In this document: positions 48,001-57,000 of the stretch, one piece after another
Layout: each line of letters starts with the position of its first letter
How positions within the stretch are numbered: position 1 is the stretch's first letter
NCBI GenBank assembly: GCA_964409365.1
Contig: CAYPCX010000002.1
Coordinates: 160,984 to 224,983, forward strand
Direction: 5' to 3'
DNA: 64,000 bases
Origin: an uncultured Planctomycetia bacterium
Lineage (GTDB): Bacteria; Omnitrophota; Gorgyraeia; Tantalellales; Tantalellaceae
The notes under the pieces: generated by a model
Databases searched by the model: none
What the model saw: only the letters and a program-made list of their open reading frames with translations
What the model was told of the DNA's origin: nothing
Position numbers and translations under genes: made by a program

Positions 48001-51000
48001 AGAACAGGGGATTGACCGACAGGGATATCGGCGCCAAGCTGGAGTACGAACTGGTTTCCGACAAGAAGGAAGAAGGTGCGGCAGACAGGTATTACGAAAG
48101 AGATAGTCGGAATATGCTCAGGGAGACTGTTGAAAAGTCGGCTTGGGTGTTCGCTCTTGCAGTTGCGGCGTTTGCGACCCTTGTGGTCATTGTGAGATTG
48201 CGAAGGGCAAGAAGGGGAAAAGTATTGGCAACAAGAAGGTTTGTTCCGAGAGGGACAGGAACCGGGACTGGAGATGACGAGGCGGAAGGTGATGATGAGC
48301 CCGGCCCTGCCCGTCACGACAGGCCGCACGACGGCACGCACGCCTTCAAGCCGATAACGGCTCTTGCCGCGCCGCTTCTTTTGACACTCGCGATGGGATT
48401 GGTCTATCTGGCCGGGGTCTATCCGCAAGGGCTCTTATGGAATACGATCCTGATCGTTCTTGCCGGACATGTGCTTTTAAGGTCGATATATCTGCTGATG
48501 GGGGGCATATATGCGACGGATTCTCTGACGGTCCCCCTGGCCCTTTCAGATGGCACGAAGACGGCGGCATATAGCCAACTGCCTTCCAAAGCGCAGCGTT
48601 ATATCGACAGACACGAACTTATCCATGTCTTTACAGGCGGGTTATTGGCCGGGATACTGAACGATCTTATAGCTCTGCCCGCGCTTTATTTTCCCGTGTA
48701 TGACAGGATCATAAACTGGCTCCTTTACCGCGCGCCTCAGGAAGGAATGGGCGGCGCGGTCCGGCAGAGAGAACTGCCACAGGATAAGCCGGTCAAGATC
48801 GATGCGACCGCGAATCTTCTGCAGCCCGGCGGCGGTGACAGGCGCATGGCGCTGGCCGATGACCTGCTTGATACGGGTAGAGATCCGGATAGGACCGGCC
48901 TGGCCGAAAGGATCTGGGACAGGGCCCACGGCAAGCGGAGTGACAGGAAAGACGACGGGATGAAGGGGCACATCCATGACGAGTTGATGAAACTGGAGAA
49001 AGTAAGGGTTTTCAGGAACGGAGGCAAACCCGCCGTCAGGGAGATATGGTCGAATATCGGTATAGTGAGCCTGGTCCTGGCCGGATGGATCTTTAGGGGG
49101 GCTTACGTGTATGCCAGGTGGGATATTGGTCTTGCTCTGCTTGGTCTTGTGTTCCTGGTCTTCGGCGTGTTCCTGAACAGATACGTCATTTTGGAGTTCT
49201 ATAATAAGGTCATCAACAAGCGTCAGCGTGCCACTGATCAACAAGATACTATAAGAGGTCTGAGAGGAAGGCTTGCGGAAGCGAGAGAGAATCTCGCGGA
49301 GCTCAGGGAGGAATACGGCCGGCATTTGACCAACGAAGGCTGGAACACGCTCATGACAATGACGGTCCAGCCCGCTTTTGATCATCCGGACAGCTATATA
49401 GAGGCAAAGGCGCAGAACATAAATATCCTACAGTATATTGAATACTGCGATCACTGGCTCGAGTTCATCCAGGACAACCCCGAGGGCTACAAACTGTTCG
49501 CCAGGTTCCAGGGCCCCGACTACGGTTTCAGCCCGAAATACGTGCCGACCCTGTACGTGAAGGGCGAGCATTTTACCCGGCTCGTTTCCCCCGACGGGGC
49601 GTGTCTGCTCATGCCGGGTAAGGTGTCCGATTACCAGGATGATCCGGTATACAGCGGGTGGGGATACAGGGAAGTGTCGGATGACGCCCTTTATAACGGG
49701 CCCATGACCTATAATAACGCCGTCCATTTCGCGCCTATAAACAACCTGCCGAAATACATGGACACGCTGGCTTATAAGGTAAAGACCATCGGCCGGGAAC
49801 TGAAGATAGACGAGTATCGTAACAGGACCGAAGGCACGCCCAGGCGTGAGCTGTATGAAGTGATAAACGACATAAGCGATTACGATCACAGGGTCACGGA
49901 GGACAAGACCGAAAGGACATCCGGCGGTATCGGGACGGATCCCGCCCGTTCGAGTTATATGCACGGTATCATCAGGCACGGATTATTCCTTGTTTTGACG
50001 TTGGCAGTGATGACCCTGTTGATCTTTGCTTACTATAGTGTTTCTCCGTGGCTCATCGCGGCGAAGCCGGTCGTTCCCACGGGTCTAGGTTGGGTGGCAG
50101 CCGTGACCGTTACCATGGGGCCGCTGTATTTTGTCAACATCGCGAATTTGCAGAAGCTTTTCTTCCTTATCGTACGGTTCAAGGGAAGGGACGAGACCGC
50201 CGAGGACGAGGACCATATCATGAGGTTCGTCCCCGAGAACATTATAGAGCAGGCCATATATGATGCGGTGGCAGACATGCGCCAGGATGGCCAGGGCGAT
50301 AGAGTGCCCGGTTTTCTGGCGGATTGGCTCCACGGACACCGGGGAGATATGGACGTCAAAGGTCTTTTACAGGCGATACGCAAAGACTACCAGGAAAATT
50401 ACAGGATCCTGGCGATAGAAGGCATGTCACCCAGCGACCACCCGTATTACCGCCTGCTTCTCCATCACGGGCTGTTGCAAGCCCTTTTCCTCTCGACGAT
50501 GGAAAGGGAAGAACTGGTAGACAAGTTAAGGAATATCGCCAGGGAGGACGACAGGGTGCGGGAGTGGATAGGCCTGGCGATCGATGATGACGACGCGTGG
50601 GAAGCGTTCAAGGAAGAGAATAGAGACTGTTCCTGTACGGATATCATCGAGCGGTTAGGTAAGGAAGGAGTACTTCACCTGATAGGCAACCACCCCGGCG
50701 TGTTCCCCGACATCTATCTTTTGCTTACGATATTCGGAAAATTTTCCCCCAAGGACCGCCAGACCACCAAGAACAAGTTCAGGAGGCTGGTGACGACCCT
50801 TCTTGACTTTTATCCCGGCACGGCGAAAGTAGAAGACGTGAAAGACCTTCCCGCGAGGGTCGTCCCCTGTATAGACGATAACGACAGGAATCTTTTCCAG
50901 GCAGTTGAGGAATTGTTCGGTGTGGAATGGGACGAAGGTTCCGGCAAGAACATAGACGGTGTGAACTTCAGGGACTACCTGGAGAAGCTCATGCTCGACG

Positions 51001-54000
51001 CCACCGGCGACGAAGGCGCCAACTACGGCAAGAATCAGCCAAAGCTTACCATGAAACCGAACCTGAACACCAGAGCTGTTTCATCCCTCCAGTATAAACT
51101 TGGTAAAAATAACATACCGCTTCCGAGGTACATCGAGCTGGTAGACGAGGAGGACATGCTTCAGCCGCTCCTCGCGATCTCCAAACAATGTGTCCTGAAC
51201 ATGAGGAGCAGGGCCATAAGAGCGCAGCTCAAGGCCAAGGAGGAGAACGAGGACGATAACGTGGCGCAGGAACTTGACAAGGAAGCGTGGGGTATAGACA
51301 TAGACAGGCAGAGACCCGAGCTGGAGAGAGATTTTAACGTGAAACTGGAAGGTTTGTGCTCCCTCGCGGGGGTCTCGGAGGATGATCTGGGCGCGTTCAT
51401 GGATGAGTTCGAAGAGACCATGACCGGCGGCCGTGACGCGCGCGGCCTGGCCATGGATAACGGCATACGGATTATTGAACGGCAGATGCTGTCGTTAAGG
51501 GATGGTATTTCCGCGGCGGAAGGACAGTTAAGGGTCCTCAAGGGCATGCTCATGAGCGAGAATAACGCGAATCGGAGAAAACCGATCAAAGACCGTATCG
51601 CCGAGAAAGAGGCCGAGATAAGAAGAGCGCGGGGCGAGTTGCAGGTAAGGGAACTGGAAAGGAGGGAGATATACGCCGGGAAGTGCGCGGATTCTCCCGA
51701 GGCGATAGACAGGTCCAGATACATGCTGTACGCGTTCCTGAGGTCACTGACTTATGATATCAAGACCGGCGAGGAAGAGACCAACGAACGCGAGAACGTG
51801 AGAAGCATTGCGAAAAGGAATTACATCAGGAACGAGTTCGAGGCGAGGAACACACCGGATGTCATCCAGTCGGAGCTCCGACTCATCACCATGGACGTGC
51901 CTAACTGGTCCAAGTGGTCATTCGTCGATTATTTCGCGTGGCATAACGCTATACAGATAGGCCAGACAAAAACAGGGTTCCTGTTCCTCGGCGGGACGGG
52001 TAACGGATTTCTCTGGAAGAACCTGGCCGGCACGGAGTTTGTTTTCAGTAAAGAAGGAGAGATGATAGGCCAGGCGCCGCTTCAGTGGAGAGCGGAGCTG
52101 ATGATGTCGTTGAAACCCATGAGGGACAGGGTCTTCAAGGAGGAAACGGAAAGAGAAGAGAAGCTCAGGGGCGAGGGATTTATCTACAGGGCATGGTACA
52201 GGCTTTCCAGGCTTATCTGGACCGACCGGGATATGCAGAAGATCCTGCTCCCGTCCAAAGGCTTTTTCAACTACCTGAACGACCTCAGGTTGGCGGGCGC
52301 CTGGGACCCGTATAACCAGATCGAGGACGCGGAGAGAGGAAGCCGTCTCGCCCTGTTCAAGCTCATGGCCACGCGCCTTGTGGGCAAATTCAGCCAGGTC
52401 CTTGAAGAGGCCCTGCCGGCGCTCGGTCCGGGATGGTGGAAGCAGAGGCAGCGCTGGATCATCCTGCAGGCGTTCTGGGTCATAGTTTCCTATCCTCCGG
52501 CTCTCATGATGTTCGTGGGACAGATATTCATGGCGGGATTAGGGTGTTACGTGGTGAGCGCCTCTTCCGGTGTTCTTTTGGGCGTATTCGTCGGCGGCCC
52601 GCTGGGCTTTATACTGGGTGCCCTGGTGTTCTACTGGCTGGGGCAGCTGATCTACCATGGCCTCATGATCAGGACCGGGATGTCGAGGAACTATCAGTGG
52701 CAGCAGGACCCGATATTCTCGATAGGAGGCCCCGGCGTGAAAGGCTGGTTCAAGGGCCTATGGATCTTACAGAACATGGCGTTCCTTTCCGCCTCATCCC
52801 TGATACTGACATTGGCCTTCGCGGTAGGGGTGTTCATAACCCTCCTGTACGGCGGGTCTGTTTTCGTCCTTGCCGCGGGCGTCGCGGTGAAGGGGACCAG
52901 CGGTATTTACATCCTGGGGATACTGGGTATCGCCTTCCTGATCAAGGCTTTTTATAACAGGGTCGTGAAACCCGTAGCTGCGATCCCGGCGAAACCGACA
53001 CCAAAAGATCTTGAAGGTATAGAGAAAGATATGGGAAAAATGGGAGTCCTGGCCGGTCTTTTGACCAGGCTGTTCCTTGGGCGTTCTCCGAAGCTCCGTC
53101 TCTGGTTCCTGGTCAGCGCGATCGGTACGATCGCCATGCTTGTTTTCGGGGCGCTGTTCTACGGTATGCCGAGGATAACCCCCGCCGCTATATTGGGAGG
53201 ACTGGCCGCTTTGGCTATCGTCTCTTTGTGGGACGCGTATGCGAAACAGGAAATTTATGAGCGTGTCGAGTCCGGATATCGGAGGACGGCTCTTATAGTG
53301 ATAACAGGTATCGCGGCCTTTGTCGTAGCGCTTCTGGTCTTCTATCTGGCGGTCTCATACCTTGGACCCGCTTTTGGCACCGGTAACGCGGCGGGTGAGA
53401 TACTCGTAGCGGACGCCCAGAACCTGAACGACAGTATAACCAGGCTGGATTATTTTCTGCCCGTGTGGTGGGCCGGCGCGCTTCTCATGATCTGGCAGCC
53501 TCTGGTCATCGTGGGAGTGGCCTTCGTGTCACTGGTCCGTTTCGCGATCGAGAACGAAGAATCCATAAGTGAAGGCGCGATAAGGGACCTGGTGGACGAT
53601 GAGTTCAGCTACCTGAAGGGTTTCAAGGGACCGATAAAAGATGAGAATACCGATACGGTAAGAGAAGAAGACGCGGGCAAAGCCTTTCTTGAGCAGAGAA
53701 GGACCAAACTGGAGATATGGGGAAGGACCCCGGACGGAACGGACGGGTACACTTATGTCAATATCAAGGACACGGACGCTATTGTCGGGTTACTGGACGA
53801 ATATAAAGACTGGCTTGATCAACAGGCTGATAATTATTTGGATACACCGCAGGAAATATATCTGGGCGAGGATCAAAAGGAGGATAAATTCGGATCCGGG
53901 GATACAGCATATGGGATACGTCCTGACGATGGCATAACGATCATGGACATCAAGAAAGAGGGAAGGACAGTTTACAGCATAGGATTGGATAACGGTAATA

Positions 54001-57000
54001 TCGTGGAGTTCACGAGTATTGAAGAGGACGGCAGACAGAACGTCGTATCCGTAAGTTCCGTCAATAGCAGCCCCATACTTGATGCCGCGGGCAATGTGAT
54101 AGACGGCGCGATCCATATATATGATAACAATAATAGTGAAAGGATAACGGTAATTTTTGGCGCTAATTCCATACGGATAAGGAAAATGAACCCGCAATCC
54201 TGTGCGCACAGACGGGCCATCGTGGAGCACATCAAGAAGTTCGCGTCCATGGCCCAGCAGGATATACAAGGTGTTTACCGTCTTTCCTGGATGGCATGGG
54301 CGGTAGGGTTGATCCTGACATTACTGGTCCCGTATCTTCTGTATGTCCAGCTTGGGGTGACGCTGTTGGTCGCCCATATCCCCATGGTGATAGGCGCTTT
54401 TATACTGGCTGTTTGCGGGTTCGAGAGGGCATATATGTGGTGGCATAAAGAACCTGGTAAGGCTCCAGAAAGCCCTTACAGGTTCGGGAGGTTCGCCCGT
54501 CATATGCTGAAATATCTCCTGCCGATCGCGGTCCTCATGGATTATTACAACCAGATGTACGAGCCCGCCAGAAGGTGTGTCGCGAGATGCTGGTTCGTCA
54601 TGGCGCTGTGGTGGGTTGCTGAAGGGTTCTGGACAAGGGGTAGGACCGACGCAGTGCAGATAGGGCTGGGGGAATCCTTGGCGGACGCGAAGATCCTGCA
54701 TGAAAAAGCCAAGAGCTGGGTTTCCTTCAGGGGGCCGATCGCGACCGTTACGATCTTAGTGATCGTTATCATCCTTATACTCCCGGTCATATTTTTCGGC
54801 CAGCTGATCCGATTGGAGATCGACAGGGCGCATGGCTTGCTCGACAGCGATCTTAACAGGTATGTAGCCGGGGATATCAGTGATGAAGGTATCCTTAGAG
54901 AGAATTATAACCGCCAGGAGCACGGCAAAGGGGCCGGATGGGTCGCTAAGTGGATATGGGGACGTTACAACACGAAAAGGTCCGTCGAGCAGCGTGTCGG
55001 TTACCTGCGCGCGAAAATAGAAGAGCTTGGAAGAGCGAACGAGCGCGGTGAAAGCGAGAGCGAGAAAGAAAGGCGCAAGAAAGGCGTCCGTGTATGGGTG
55101 GAAGAATTCGAAAAAGACATGCGCAGGCTGGTCAGGAGGAACCCGAACCTCAGAAGTTACGCCTGGGGCCGTATCCTTGAATTATACAGGGCGCTGGATA
55201 ACGCCGAGTGCGGAGGGATGGAAAAAGGCGGGTACCTGCCCCTGCCTGCTGAAAACGGTGAAGCCGGAATGCCTGCAGGAAAACCCGAAGCTGACGCCGG
55301 TAGAACAGAAGAAAAGGACGACAAGGCTCCAAAAGGCGAATACCTGGTGCAGCTGGACAAGCAGAACCCGGAGCAGGGTTTTGATTTTGAACCTGACAGC
55401 AAGAATAATGTCTTGCGGGTCGATCTGAGGTTCCCCGATTCGCTGGACGGGTGCCGTCTCGCGGCCGATATTTCTGTCGGCGGGAAGGGACTCGAGACGG
55501 TCTTGATAGGCCCGAACACCAAACCCCTTCTTGAAAGGAACTGGGCCGTGATCTCGGAGAAAAGGATCCACTCGCTCGGTTACGAGAAGACCACTGAAAA
55601 GTGGGTAACGTATTATATCGTCCGGAAGGACGGGGGCCCGCTGAAAAAAGCCAGGGTGACGATCAGGATCACCGCTCCCGGGGACAGAACGGCTCCCATA
55701 GGCAGCGAGATCATGGGAAGGATCGGGATAAGAGGCCCGAGAACCCAGAAGCTGAAATTCAAGCCGTTCGATGATGGAGGAAAGGAGGGTCCGCCCCAGG
55801 TACGGGAGAGCAAGCGTCCGCCTAAAGATAAGCACCGTTTTGACAAGAAAGAAGAGAAAGCCAGACGGACCGGTATGAGGGTTCCCAAGAAGAAAGAGAA
55901 GCGGGGCATCGCGCCTCTCCCGCAGAAACGACCCCAGCCAAGGGGACGGCAGAAAGGGTTTACGCTTAAACATCTACTGCTTCTTGTGGCGGCTCCCGGT
56001 CTGATGATGATCGCGTGGTTCAATCCGGGGCTTTTCCTGGCGGTCGTGGCGGGCGTCTCGATAAGTTTCTTTGTCGGGATGGCGGCGATGAGGCCGGCCC
56101 GGTATTATGATATATCCGGGATGGAACTGCGTCTCTATATCCCGGAAGATATACGCACTGAGCTCGCCCTTACGAGGGACGTGGACATGAGACTGATCAA
56201 TGAGAGTGGAGTTGAACTGGTGGCGGTCGCCGGTCATGACAGGGAAGCCATGATAGAAAAGATCAACGAAGAGACCAGGGGTGAAAAGGTTCTCTGCGCC
56301 GTTCTGGACAGCACCGCGATAGATAGCGGGTTCAGGACGTCGGATGGCGAAGTGGATACTGAAAAGCTCGGGGAACTCATGCAGGAATTCGCCAACCAGG
56401 CACAGAGAGACATCATCAGGCTCATGCATCCGGAGCTTGAGGATCTGGATGTGCCGGGTGTAGAAGAGATCATGAAAGCCGGACGGATCCGTGACGTCGC
56501 GGTCCTGTACGCGAGATTGTTGGAAGATATAGAGTCCATGGAACTTGCCAGTAAGAGCATCGCCGATATGAGATTGAACAAGCTTCATGTTGACCTCCTG
56601 CCGGAAAAAGTGGCCGGGGTGGACAGGTATGTCGCCGAGCTCGAGCAGAGGGATAAGGCTAAACATATAAGCGTGAGGGCCAGGGGCCTTGCCGACCTGA
56701 AGTTCATCGCCAACGCCATAGCGGGCATGGGACTTGACAGTGATGCCGGGGAGGCCAGGGAGAACGCGTCGAAGTTCATACAGGTAAGGCTTACCGACCA
56801 GAACGTGAAGACGAAAGATGACCTGGTCAAATACATGAAAGATACGGGCCTGGACCGATACCTGAACGTGGACAACGTTGTGCTTGTAACACCAGAAGAC
56901 GATACCTCGCTCAAGGGCACGCTCGAGATGGTGAAACGCACCTTCGCGGACGCCCGGGATCACCAGATCGCCATAGGTGATATAGTTACGGAGGGCGACG

